From the NCBI GenBank assembly GCA_945861075.1, contig CAMATE010000001.1:1-39317 (forward strand): a DNA stretch of 39,317 bases, in the 5' to 3' direction. Below the pieces are notes generated by a model. It saw only the letters and a list, made by a program, of their open reading frames with translations, ran no database searches and was not told where the DNA came from. Shown piece by piece: positions 8,791 to 17,354 of the stretch (within the stretch, counting starts at the first letter, position 1; every line of letters starts with the position of its first letter). Made by a program: the position numbers and the translations under genes. Source of the stretch: Akkermansia muciniphila. GTDB lineage: Bacteria; Verrucomicrobiota; Verrucomicrobiia; Limisphaerales; UBA9464.

Positions 8791-8802
8791 AGTGAAGCGG
8801 AA

Positions 8803-8887
8803 GGTGGTGCGCCATACCCGGGGTTTCACCCCGGGCTGGTAGGCGGTGTCCCGTTGGGGCACTCCGAACGCCTCACCATCCCCGAGG
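8803..8887 (+). repeat. intergenic repeat module M2, copy b
   Basis: GGTGGTGCGCCATACCCGGGGTTTCACCCCGGGCTGGTAGGCGGTGTCCCGTTGGGGCACTCCGAACGC... aligns with 2932..3016. Confidence 0.85.
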
Positions 8888-8906
8888 CTTCCTGCGCTTC
8901 CACGAA

Positions 8907-9031
8907 GCGGCAGCGGGACCGGGTCGGAGCGAGCATAGGAACGTCGACATCCTGATCCCCCTCGCGCGCCAGCGCGAAAGCTCAGGTGGCCCCAACGTTC
9001 CCTGCGAGCGCAGGACCGATCCCGCGGAGCC
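8907..9031 (+). repeat. intergenic structured repeat M1, copy C
   Basis: Near-identical to copies A and B. Central hairpin is TCGCGC-GCCA-GCGCGA. The 3' edge runs into a C10 homopolymer (9030..9039). Confidence 0.9.
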
Positions 9032-9182
9032 CCCCCCCCGAGGAACTTCGCCTCGCCAGCAGTCCCGGACCCACCACCCGCCTTTGGGAATAAGTGAGAG
9101 TGGCCCCTTTTGTGTAAAAGTGAGGGACCGACCCCTTTTCTATTGGTTGCCATTTGAGCGGAGGTGGGCTTTCATTTGGGAC

Positions 9183-10997
9183 ATGGCTGTGACTCCAGGC
9201 AAAGCGCGCGGTTCTCAGGTTTCCGACAACGGCTTCCTGCCGATGACCCGCGCGGAAATGACCGCCAAGGGGTGGTCTGAACTGGACGTCCTCATCATCA
9301 CTGGTGATGCGTATGTCGATCATCCGTCGTTTGGTTCGGCGATGATCGGGCGGGTCCTGGAAAACATGGGCCTGCGCGTGGGCATCATCGCCCAACCCGA
9401 TTGGAAGGACATCCAGTCCGTCCAGGGCATGGGGGCACCCCGGTTGTTTGTGGGCATTACGGCGGGCAATCTCGACTCGATGCTGTCCAACTACACGGCC
9501 GCCCGGCACCGCCGGAAGGACGACGTGTACAGTGCCGGTGGTGTTCCGGGACGCCGTCCCAACCACGCCGCGGTGGTCTACTCCCAGATGGCCCGCCGCT
9601 CCTTTCCCGGTGTTCCCGTGGTGCTGGGAGGCATGGAGGCTTCCATGCGTCGCGTGGCTCATTACGACTACTGGGAAGACAAGCTCAAGCCCTCCATCAT
9701 GGCCGACGCCAAGGCCGATGTGTTGGTGTACGGCATGGGCGAGTCGGCGGTGCGTGAGATCGTCAGTCGTCTTCAGTCTGGCAACCGTGACTTCTCCGGC
9801 ATCCGCGGCACCGCCTTGTTCCTCGGCGGCAAGGCCACGGCCGAAGCAGATTTGTCCGACTGCCTCATCCTGCCCTCGTGGGAAGACCTTCAGGCTGACA
9901 AGACCCATTTGATGCGCCTGACCAAGGTGGTCGAGGCCCAGCAAACGCCCCACAGCGGTCGACGGCTGGTGCAAATGCACGGCAACCGGGCCTTGTTGCA
10001 GGAGCCTCCCGCCTTTCCGGTCGATGGCCCTGATCTAGATGCCCTGTACGAGTTGCCTTTCATGCGGGCCTCGCACCCGAGCTACACCGAGCCCGTGCCC
10101 GGTTTCGCCACCATCAAGGATTCCATCATCGTGTCCCGCGGGTGCCCGGGTGGTTGCACTTTTTGTGGACTCGGTTTCCACCAGGGCAAGTTCCTCTCCA
10201 GCCGCAGCATCGATTCGGTGCTCAAGGAAATCCGCAAGTTGTCGGCCTCACCCACCTTTCGGGGCACGGTGTCCGACTTGGGCGGCCCCACGGCCAATTT
10301 GTACGGTGCCCGCAACGGCCACGCCGAGGAGTGCAAGAAGTGCCACCGGCCGAGTTGCCTGTGGCCGTCGATTTGTCCGGTGTTCGAGATCAACGAAAAG
10401 GCTGGTCTCGATCTGCTCAAGGGATCCCGCACGCAGCCCGGGGTGAAGCATGTCTTCGTCCAGTCGGGCATTCGCATGGATGTCGCGCTTCGGACCCCGG
10501 AGTACATGAAGGAACTGGTGCAGAACCATGTCTCGGGTCACATGAAGGTGGCGCCAGAGCACATGAATCCCGACGTGCTGCGACGCATGCGCAAGCCGGC
10601 CGGAGACTTCCCGGCCTTCATGGACAAGTTCTTCGACTTGAGCGAGCAGGCCGGTAAGGAGCAGTACCTCGTGCCTTACTTCATCTCGAGCTTCCCTGGA
10701 TGCACCGAGAAAGAAATGGGAGCGGTGGAACAGTTCCTCAAGGAGGAGAAGTGGAATCTCCAGCAGGTGCAGGACTTCATCCCGCTGCCCATGACGGGAT
10801 CAGCGGCGATGTATGTGACCGGCCTCGACATCAACACCGGCAAGCCCATCCCGGTGGTCAAGGGGGCCGGTGACCGTGAACGGCAGAAGCGCATGCTCCG
10901 GCCCAATGCAGTGAACGAAACCCGTGTGACCGGCAGCCGTCGTCGCATGGCATCGGCCGAATTCTGCCCGGGTGCCCAGATGGACACGGTGGATTGA
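9183..10997 (+). CDS. ygiQ: YgiQ-family (UPF0313) radical SAM protein
   Basis: FLPMTRAEMTAKGWSELDVLIITGDAYVDHPSFG matches the E. coli YgiQ N-terminus. The radical SAM cysteine motif is CPGGCTFC. Start set at ATG 9183 because the TTG 9084 extension reads out of the flanking repeat region. Confidence 0.9.
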   Translation: MAVTPGKARGSQVSDNGFLPMTRAEMTAKGWSELDVLIITGDAYVDHPSFGSAMIGRVLENMGLRVGIIAQPDWKDIQSVQGMGAPRLFVGITAGNLDSMLSNYTAARHRRKDDVYSAGGVPGRRPNHAAVVYSQMARRSFPGVPVVLGGMEASMRRVAHYDYWEDKLKPSIMADAKADVLVYGMGESAVREIVSRLQSGNRDFSGIRGTALFLGGKATAEADLSDCLILPSWEDLQADKTHLMRLTKVVEAQQTPHSGRRLVQMHGNRALLQEPPAFPVDGPDLDALYELPFMRASHPSYTEPVPGFATIKDSIIVSRGCPGGCTFCGLGFHQGKFLSSRSIDSVLKEIRKLSASPTFRGTVSDLGGPTANLYGARNGHAEECKKCHRPSCLWPSICPVFEINEKAGLDLLKGSRTQPGVKHVFVQSGIRMDVALRTPEYMKELVQNHVSGHMKVAPEHMNPDVLRRMRKPAGDFPAFMDKFFDLSEQAGKEQYLVPYFISSFPGCTEKEMGAVEQFLKEEKWNLQQVQDFIPLPMTGSAAMYVTGLDINTGKPIPVVKGAGDRERQKRMLRPNAVNETRVTGSRRRMASAEFCPGAQMDTVD

Positions 10998-11097
10998 CGG
11001 AAACAATAGGACAGTCGGCCGACTGAATAGAGTGCGGCCGACGCAGGTTTTAAACTCAGCCGAAGCAGTCCATCCGAATCGATTTAGCTGGAACAAT

Positions 11098-11592
11098 TCA
11101 GGCAGCCTGAAGCTGGTGATCGTCGTCCGGCGAGGACTCATCAAACTGAACGCGGGGGCGGGCGGGAGACTGGGTCATCCGGCGCGCCAGCACGTCACCC
11201 AGGCCCGTTCCAGCCATGGTTCCAGATAGAGCTCCGGATCGGTTTCCTGCACGGGCTTCGGAGCGGACCACGTCGCGAATTTCTTCGGCGATCATGAAGC
11301 AAAGCTTGGGCAGGAGCTGTTCCTCGATCTGGGTGGCCACGAGTTTCTGGACGAAGAAGGCTTCCTCCACCCGGCGCTGCTCTTCTTGGAACATGGTCTC
11401 GAGGATACTTCGTCGATCGAGGCCTCCGGGCAGGGGTTGTTTTGACCAGGCGGCGATCTTGTTGGGCAATTCCGTCTGGAGCAGGTGTTCCGATTCGCTA
11501 TGGCGACCATTGCGTCGCAGCACGCAGGCCTCCCGGAATTGTTCGACGAGGGAGATCCACAGCGGGTCGTTGGAAAACGATCGGTTCATCAT
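11098..11592 (-). CDS. hypothetical protein (164 aa), no recognisable family
   Basis: Stand-alone ORF flanked by intergenic DNA on both sides, with an ATG-ATG start. The composition is not the Arg/Pro/Gly-rich type seen in the shadow ORFs. Predicted helical N-terminal two thirds and a disordered acidic tail. Confidence 0.6.
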   Translation of the reverse strand: MMNRSFSNDPLWISLVEQFREACVLRRNGRHSESEHLLQTELPNKIAAWSKQPLPGGLDRRSILETMFQEEQRRVEEAFFVQKLVATQIEEQLLPKLCFMIAEEIRDVVRSEARAGNRSGALSGTMAGTGLGDVLARRMTQSPARPRVQFDESSPDDDHQLQAA

Positions 11593-11823
11593 GATCAGTT
11601 ATCCGGTCGATAGCAGCGAGGATGCCAAACCTCAAAAACGAGGGTTTCTGGGGATTTAATGGTCAGTGCCTGTGTCTGAGGGAAACCCGTGCCGGGTCCA
11701 ACCGGCCGGTCTTGCCGCCCGAAGGATCTTTGGATCCGAATTTGCAGAACGTCCCAGCAATAACGCCCCAGCAGGGTAGGGGGTTCCCGAGGACGGTGGG
11801 GTTTCTCAGTCGGAACGATTCAG

Positions 11824-13194
11824 TCAGGCATTCCGACCCAAGGCCCGAGTGAAGAGCCGGCGGGGTTCTTGAATGAAGAGGTCCCTCAGGAGGGTTTCCA
11901 CGCCCGCTGCCTGGGGTTCTTCGAGCCGCAGGCTGGCCTTGAAGGCGCCCAAGAAGGTCACCATGACCAAACCAAAGAACAGACTGTAGCGATTCCACTC
12001 CAACCCGAGGGTGCGCGCTTGAAACCCGCCGACGGTGTCGATGAGCAATCCCCACAGCACCGGCGACAAGCCCAGCGTCACCTGCCAGACCACCATGAAG
12101 AGCGCGAAGAAGTGGTTTCGGCCCATGCGGGGCACAATGGCCATGGCCAGTCGGTTGTTGGCCGCCGAGTGGAGGGCGTTGAGCAACCCCAGTGGCACAA
12201 TGAAGCCCAGGACGAGCGGAATGCGGGGCGTCCAGACTCCGGCCGCCATGAGGAACCAACCGCCGGCGACCACGAATCCAGCAATCGTAATGAAGCCGAA
12301 GGCAGGCTTGCTTCCGTGGAGGTCTAATCGACGACCACCAAACCAGTAGGCTCCCAGACCACCGATGAATTGCACCGCCATGAGCATGAGGATGGACCCA
12401 TCGGGCAAGTCCGCCCCGCTCTTCAGGAAGGCCACGACAAACGTGGTGAGCCCGCCGTAGGCCAGGGACCAGACGGCATTGAGTTCGAGCAGCTTCCGGA
12501 AGGGCGGATGTGAGGCAATGGCGGCCCAAGGGACCTTTCCAGCCCCACTGCGCTCGTGCGGAGGAACCGGAGTGTCGGGCATTCGCCTCAGGAATCGGAG
12601 ACTGATCACCCCCATGATTCCGCTGAAGGCGAAGGCCAGCATGAATTGCCACGATTGCGCAGGTGCAGGCAGCCACCCTCCGGCTCCGAGCAAGGTGGCC
12701 ACGATCAGGAAGCACAGGAAGCTGGCCCCGTTGGAAGCCGCCTGATCACCCGCGAGGTAGCGCCCCCGCAATTCGAGCGGTACCAAGCCGGTGATCCACG
12801 GGAGCCAGGCGCTGCTGGCGATGCCACGGCACAGGTTGAAACCGAAGAGCGTGACCAAGAGGAGGATCAATTGTCCGCCGCTGCTGATCCAGAAACCAGC
12901 CAGTGGCGTCAGCGCCATTAGGAAGGCGAAGACGATCCGAGCCGACCATCCCGACATCACGAAGCGCTTGTAGCCAATGCGATCGAGGTACGCGGCGGCC
13001 GGTATTTGGGTGATGGTCAGCAGTGGCATCATACCGGCCACGATCCCCAGCACGGTGGCACTGGCATGGAGGGACTTTGCGTAGAGCACCATCGGCCCAC
13101 CGAGAATCACCTGGAACGACAGCGCGTTGAACACGGCAAACCCATAGGCATGCCGCAGTTGGAGTGGGCTGGAGGGTGGTTGGGACACGGTCAA
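11824..13194 (-). CDS. MFS transporter
   Basis: 456 aa, about 12 hydrophobic segments, and a DRIGYKR loop between TM2 and TM3 typical of MFS. The start is TTG 13194 or GTG 13188, since there is no ATG before TM1. Confidence 0.85.
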   Translation of the reverse strand: MTVSQPPSSPLQLRHAYGFAVFNALSFQVILGGPMVLYAKSLHASATVLGIVAGMMPLLTITQIPAAAYLDRIGYKRFVMSGWSARIVFAFLMALTPLAGFWISSGGQLILLLVTLFGFNLCRGIASSAWLPWITGLVPLELRGRYLAGDQAASNGASFLCFLIVATLLGAGGWLPAPAQSWQFMLAFAFSGIMGVISLRFLRRMPDTPVPPHERSGAGKVPWAAIASHPPFRKLLELNAVWSLAYGGLTTFVVAFLKSGADLPDGSILMLMAVQFIGGLGAYWFGGRRLDLHGSKPAFGFITIAGFVVAGGWFLMAAGVWTPRIPLVLGFIVPLGLLNALHSAANNRLAMAIVPRMGRNHFFALFMVVWQVTLGLSPVLWGLLIDTVGGFQARTLGLEWNRYSLFFGLVMVTFLGAFKASLRLEEPQAAGVETLLRDLFIQEPRRLFTRALGRNA

Positions 13195-13386
13195 TCCGAA
13201 CGCAATGGGGATTCAGTTCCGGTCTGGGTCGGTGCGCCGGTGCTGACGGAGCAATCGTGCGGTCCGATGTGCCTGGGGGTCGATCCCAAAGCGGTAGGGC
13301 CTTTGGATTGCCTATTCTTGGTTTGGGTCCCGGTTCCTTGACGGTCCCCGGGGTCAACCCTAGCCTTGGACGCTGAAAGACCAACC

Positions 13387-14016
13387 ATGCGCAATTTCGT
13401 TAATATTCCGTACGTCATCGAGCAGACCGGCCGCGGTGAAAAGGGCTACGACCTGTACAGCCGCCTCCTGGTGGACCGGATCATCTTCTTGGGAACCCCG
13501 GTCGATGACATGGTGGCCAATGTCATCGTCGCGCAGTTCCTCTTCCTGCAAATGACCGATCCGAAGAAGGACATCCACTTCTACATCAACTCCCCGGGAG
13601 GCAGTGTCACCGCTGGTCTGGCCATCTATGACACGATGCAATGGCTGACTTGCGACGTGAACACCTACTGCGTCGGTCAGGCTGCCAGCATGGGTGCGGT
13701 GCTTTTGGCTGGTGGCACGAAGGGGAAGCGTTTCGCGCTGCCCAATGCCAACATCATGATCCATCAGGTGCTCGGCGGGGCGGAAGGTCAGGCCAGCGAT
13801 GTGGAGATCCGGGTCAAGTTCATGCTGAAGCTCAAGGAGCGACTGAACACCATCCTTTCCAAACACACCGGTCAACCCTACGAGGTGGTGGAACGCGCCT
13901 GCGACCGCGACAACTTCATGTCGGCCGAAGAGGCTCGTGAGTTCGGTCTGGTCGATGAGGTGGTTTCCAGCCGCAAGGACGTCCCGGCGTTGATCCCCAC
14001 CGACACCAAGTCCTGA
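13387..14016 (+). CDS. clpP: ATP-dependent Clp protease proteolytic subunit
   Basis: From ATG 13387: [48 protein letters not shown] (active-site Ser), IMIHQVLGG. Confidence 0.97.
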   Translation: MRNFVNIPYVIEQTGRGEKGYDLYSRLLVDRIIFLGTPVDDMVANVIVAQFLFLQMTDPKKDIHFYINSPGGSVTAGLAIYDTMQWLTCDVNTYCVGQAASMGAVLLAGGTKGKRFALPNANIMIHQVLGGAEGQASDVEIRVKFMLKLKERLNTILSKHTGQPYEVVERACDRDNFMSAEEAREFGLVDEVVSSRKDVPALIPTDTKS

Positions 14017-14168
14017 TCGTCTCGAGATCCAGAGTCCGGCCAAGGTATCTGGGTCCAGAAGATCTAAGGCAACGGTGTCTGGGATCGCATTGATGATTGG
14101 GTCTGACAGGGGAAAGCCCCCTGCTTTCCCATTGGCAGGAATGAACCGGGATCTATTCTCCGACGTCC

Positions 14169-15479
14169 ATGGCGCGCGCAACCCAGATCACGATGTGCAG
14201 TTTCTGCGGCAAGTCGAAGGCCGAGGTGAAACGGCTCATAGCGGGACCTGGCGTGTACATTTGTGACGCCTGTGTGGGTGTTTGCAGCGGGGTGCTCGAG
14301 AAGGAGTCCCGTTCCGAGAACGATAAGCCGTCGGCACCCACCCTTCGCATTCCAAAACCGTCGGAGATCAAGCGCCAGTTGGACCAGCATGTCATCGGTC
14401 AGGACCGAGCCAAGCGCACCCTCAGCGTCGCGGTTTACAACCATTACAAGCGGGTTCTGGCATCCAATCGATCTGCGGCGGGTGGCGAAACCCTCCCGAC
14501 GACCATCGACGACGCGGATTCGGTGGAGATCGAGAAGAGCAACATCCTGCTCCTCGGACCGACCGGCTGTGGCAAGACCCTCCTGGCCAAGACACTGGCC
14601 AAGGTGCTCGATGTTCCCTTCGCCATCGCCGATGCCACGGTCATTACAGAAGCCGGTTATGTCGGAGAGGATGTTGAGAACATCATCTTGCGATTGCTCC
14701 AAGCTGCAGAATTCGATGTCCGTCGGGCCCAGATGGGCATCGTCTACATCGACGAGATCGACAAGATTGCGCGCAAGACCGAGAACGTCTCCATCACACG
14801 TGACGTTTCGGGCGAGGGGGTTCAACAGGGACTTCTCAAGATTCTTGAGGGCACGGTGTGCAACGTTCCCCCGCAGGGTGGCCGCAAACATCCTCAGCAG
14901 GAATACATCCGGATCGACACCACCCAGATCCTGTTCATTTGCGGAGGGGCCTTCGTGGGTATGGATCGCATCATCGAGCGCCGTCTGGGCCGCCGCTCCA
15001 TCGGATTTGGTACCGAACCTCGTGAATCGGCAGCCTCGGTTCCTGCAGAACAGGTGCAAGCTCAGCGGCCTCTGCTCCATCGTGTGGAACCGGAAGATCT
15101 CATGGGTTTCGGTTTCATTCCGGAATTCATCGGCCGGTTGCCGGTGGTGACTGCGCTGGACGAGTTGACCGAGGCTCAGATGACCGAAGTGCTCACGCGT
15201 CCGCGCAACGCCTTGACCCGTCAGTTCGCCAAACTCTTGTCGCTGGACGGCGTAGAATTGAGTTTCACGGATGATGCCATCGCGGAGTTGGCCAGCATGG
15301 CCTCGCGCAAAAAAACGGGCGCGCGCGCCCTCCGGGCCCTGACCGAAGAGTTGTTTCAGGATCTCATGTTCGAGTTGCCGGACAGCGACGATGTGGTCAG
15401 TGTCCAAATCAACCGAGCGGTGGTCCGCCGCGAGATCCCTCCGTTGGTCCAACGCCGCGAACAACGGCAGGCTGCTTGA
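14169..15479 (+). CDS. clpX: ATP-dependent Clp protease ATP-binding subunit ClpX
   Basis: N-terminal zinc-binding CSFCGKS...ICDACV, Walker A GPTGCGKT, Walker [11 protein letters not shown], and pore-loop/IGF-region sequence. Lies directly downstream of clpP. Confidence 0.97.
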   Translation: MARATQITMCSFCGKSKAEVKRLIAGPGVYICDACVGVCSGVLEKESRSENDKPSAPTLRIPKPSEIKRQLDQHVIGQDRAKRTLSVAVYNHYKRVLASNRSAAGGETLPTTIDDADSVEIEKSNILLLGPTGCGKTLLAKTLAKVLDVPFAIADATVITEAGYVGEDVENIILRLLQAAEFDVRRAQMGIVYIDEIDKIARKTENVSITRDVSGEGVQQGLLKILEGTVCNVPPQGGRKHPQQEYIRIDTTQILFICGGAFVGMDRIIERRLGRRSIGFGTEPRESAASVPAEQVQAQRPLLHRVEPEDLMGFGFIPEFIGRLPVVTALDELTEAQMTEVLTRPRNALTRQFAKLLSLDGVELSFTDDAIAELASMASRKKTGARALRALTEELFQDLMFELPDSDDVVSVQINRAVVRREIPPLVQRREQRQAA

Positions 15480-15667
15480 CGGGTGGTCTGGAACTCGAGT
15501 GGGTTCATTGGGGGTTTTCGGTGAGTGCGGTTCGGATCGCTAGCAGTTCTCGCTATCCGATCTGTTGATTGTGAAAAACTTTTTTGGATAAAGGGTTGAC
15601 GGGTTATGGGGGATCCGATTTATTCGAGGCACAAAGTCGGTCTCAAGTTGCTTATTCAGTCTTGTAT

Positions 15668-16387
15668 ATGAATCTCCTGAAACACTCTGCTCTGGTTGCC
15701 GCTGCTTCTCTGGTGATGAGCTCATCGGCCTTCGCCCTCACCTCCACCGAGACGCAGGTTTTGACCCAGAAGATCTTGTCTTCTCGGGTTGTCGACATGC
15801 CTGTCGTTGCCGCGAAGCTGGTTGTCTCCGCAGACAAGGCAGACCGCGTTGAAATTGCGAAGACTGCTGTCATCGCCGTTGCCAAAAACCACCCGACCGC
15901 TCTTTCCACCGTGGTGGGCGCTGTCCTCCGCAAGGCTCCTGAAGCCACTGAGGCGGTTGTCGCTGCTTGCCTCGAGGCTGCTCCTGAAATGGCTCGCACC
16001 GTTGTCGCTGCCGCTACCTTCGCCACCGAAGGTAAGGACGCCGTCATTCTCGCGACCGCTGGTCGTTTGGTTCCTTCCAAGATGGATGATATCCGTGGCG
16101 AAGTCACCTTGGCCAAGGCTCGCCGCTCCATGAAGAGCTCCGCGACCGCCAAGAGTGGCCCCATTACCATCCCGGGCAACACTGCGGTCGTGACTGAGAC
16201 CACCGTGTTCACCAAGAAGGTTGAGTCCACGGTGACCGTGCCTAAGCTGGACGGTAACGGCAACCCTGTGATCATCAATGGAATCCCGGTTACCGAGCAG
16301 AAGGTCGTCACGGTTGACGTGCCTTACACCCCGGCTGCCCCGGTCTCCATCACGGGTTACGCCGCTGCTGATCCGAACCGTCCGTAA
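15668..16387 (+). CDS. secreted protein of unknown function with Ala/Val-rich internal repeats
   Basis: ATG 15668 gives the signal peptide MNLLKHSALVAAASLVMSSSAFA. There are three ~15-aa repeats (KNHPTALSTVVGAVLR / KAPEATEAVVAACLE / AAPEMARTVVAAATFA) and a beta-rich Thr/Val C-terminal half. T-ending codons (GCT, GTT, CGT, GGT, CCT), a TAA stop and a strong downstream terminator are present. Confidence 0.75.
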   Translation: MNLLKHSALVAAASLVMSSSAFALTSTETQVLTQKILSSRVVDMPVVAAKLVVSADKADRVEIAKTAVIAVAKNHPTALSTVVGAVLRKAPEATEAVVAACLEAAPEMARTVVAAATFATEGKDAVILATAGRLVPSKMDDIRGEVTLAKARRSMKSSATAKSGPITIPGNTAVVTETTVFTKKVESTVTVPKLDGNGNPVIINGIPVTEQKVVTVDVPYTPAAPVSITGYAAADPNRP

Positions 16388-16437
16388 TTTTCGGTGGGTT
16401 CAGCCCATCCTCAAATTGGTTGATTGAAGTCAGTTGC

Positions 16438-16479
16438 CTGAAATCAATGAACTGAAATCGATCAACTGGAATCAGTTGT
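16438..16479 (+). repeat. imperfect 14-nt tandem repeat x3 in the 3' UTR
   Basis: CTGAAATCAATGAA / CTGAAATCGATCAA / CTGGAATCAGTTGT, located just upstream of the terminator at 16496. Confidence 0.6.
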
Positions 16480-16495
16480 CTTAATCGAAACAAAC

Positions 16496-16526
16496 AAAAA
16501 CCCGCCGGCCAAACCGGCGGGTTTTT
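16496..16526. terminator. bidirectional rho-independent terminator
   Basis: AAAAA-CCCGCCGG-CCAAA-CCGGCGGG-TTTTT: a perfect 8-bp GC stem with an A-run upstream and a T-run downstream. It sits between the plus-strand secreted-protein gene and the minus-strand moaC unit. Confidence 0.85.
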
Positions 16527-16832
16527 GCTTTCGCCTCGGTAGGGCATACTCAACCCCTGCAGGGAGCCCAAAGCTCCGGCATCGAAAAAGGGGCGATATC
16601 GTGGTTGAAAGTTTAACCCAAGCAGTGGGAGTTACTCAAAGCTTGGCCAGGAAGGAGTTCTTCCGAAGCTTGTCGTCCACTTTCAAGCCATCCTGATCAG
16701 CGGATCAGCGACTGCCCGTCTTTGAGAGCGTAGAATTGTTGGGCCATAAAATGGGTCTTTGGACCGACCATTTCCTGTCACCCGCCTTCCCGGTCAACCG
16801 GGTTTTGAGCCACGGAGCATGGCTTGATGGAT

Positions 16833-17354
16833 TCAGAGGGGCGGTCGTTCGGCCTTGGTTTTCTTCAGCAAGCGGATTTCGCCGATGACCATGCCTTTGT
16901 CGACGGCTTTGCACATGTCGTAGATGGTCAATGCAGCAACCGAGACAGCGGTCAGCGCCTCCATTTCAACACCCGTGGCGGCCGTGATTCGGGCCGACGC
17001 AGTGATGCGGATGCGATCTCGCGTGTTGGGTGTTTCAAACTGAATCTCACAATGCGAAATCGGCAGCGGATGGCACATGGGGATCAAGTCTCCGGTGCGT
17101 TTGGCCGCCTGGATGCCGGCAATCCGGGCCGTGGCCAGGACATTGCCTTTGGCCATTTGGTGTCCCTCCATCAGGTCGAGGGTCGAAGACGACAGGAGGA
17201 TCTCACCACAGGCCACCGCTTCCCGGAACAATGCGGGCTTGGTCGAGACATCGACCATGCGGGCCTCGCCTTCCGCATCCAAATGGCTCAAGCGCGCGCC
17301 AGCGCTGGCCGTTGCAGCGGATATGGCAACTGTGGGGTCGGAAGACTCAGGCAT
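16833..17354 (-). CDS. moaC: cyclic pyranopterin monophosphate synthase MoaC
   Basis: From ATG 17354: LSHLDAEGEARMVDVS, GNVLATARIAGIQAAKRTGDLIPMCHPL, TGVEMEALTAVSVAALTIYDMCKAVDK. Close to E. coli MoaC throughout. Confidence 0.93.
   Translation of the reverse strand: MPESSDPTVAISAATASAGARLSHLDAEGEARMVDVSTKPALFREAVACGEILLSSSTLDLMEGHQMAKGNVLATARIAGIQAAKRTGDLIPMCHPLPISHCEIQFETPNTRDRIRITASARITAATGVEMEALTAVSVAALTIYDMCKAVDKGMVIGEIRLLKKTKAERPPL

Noticed and set aside
9084-9182. TTG-initiated extension of ygiQ (ORF listed from 9084). The same frame is open back through M1 copy C.
   Set aside because: The extension has no similarity to the YgiQ N-terminus and reads out of the flanking repeat region, in a frame that stays open back through M1 copy C. 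ATG 9183 gives an E. coli-like distance to the conserved GDAYVDHPSFG motif.
13338-13366. Sigma70-like promoter TTGACG-N17-TAGCCT about 20 nt upstream of clpP, overlapping a TTGAC...GTCAA inverted repeat.
   Set aside because: It is plausible, but the -10 element is weak and promoter consensus for this lineage is unknown to me. Not reported as a feature without transcription-start data.
16350-16571. 73-aa minus-strand ORF.
   Set aside because: It runs straight through the perfect bidirectional terminator hairpin and the AT-rich 3' UTR repeats, and has no family resemblance.
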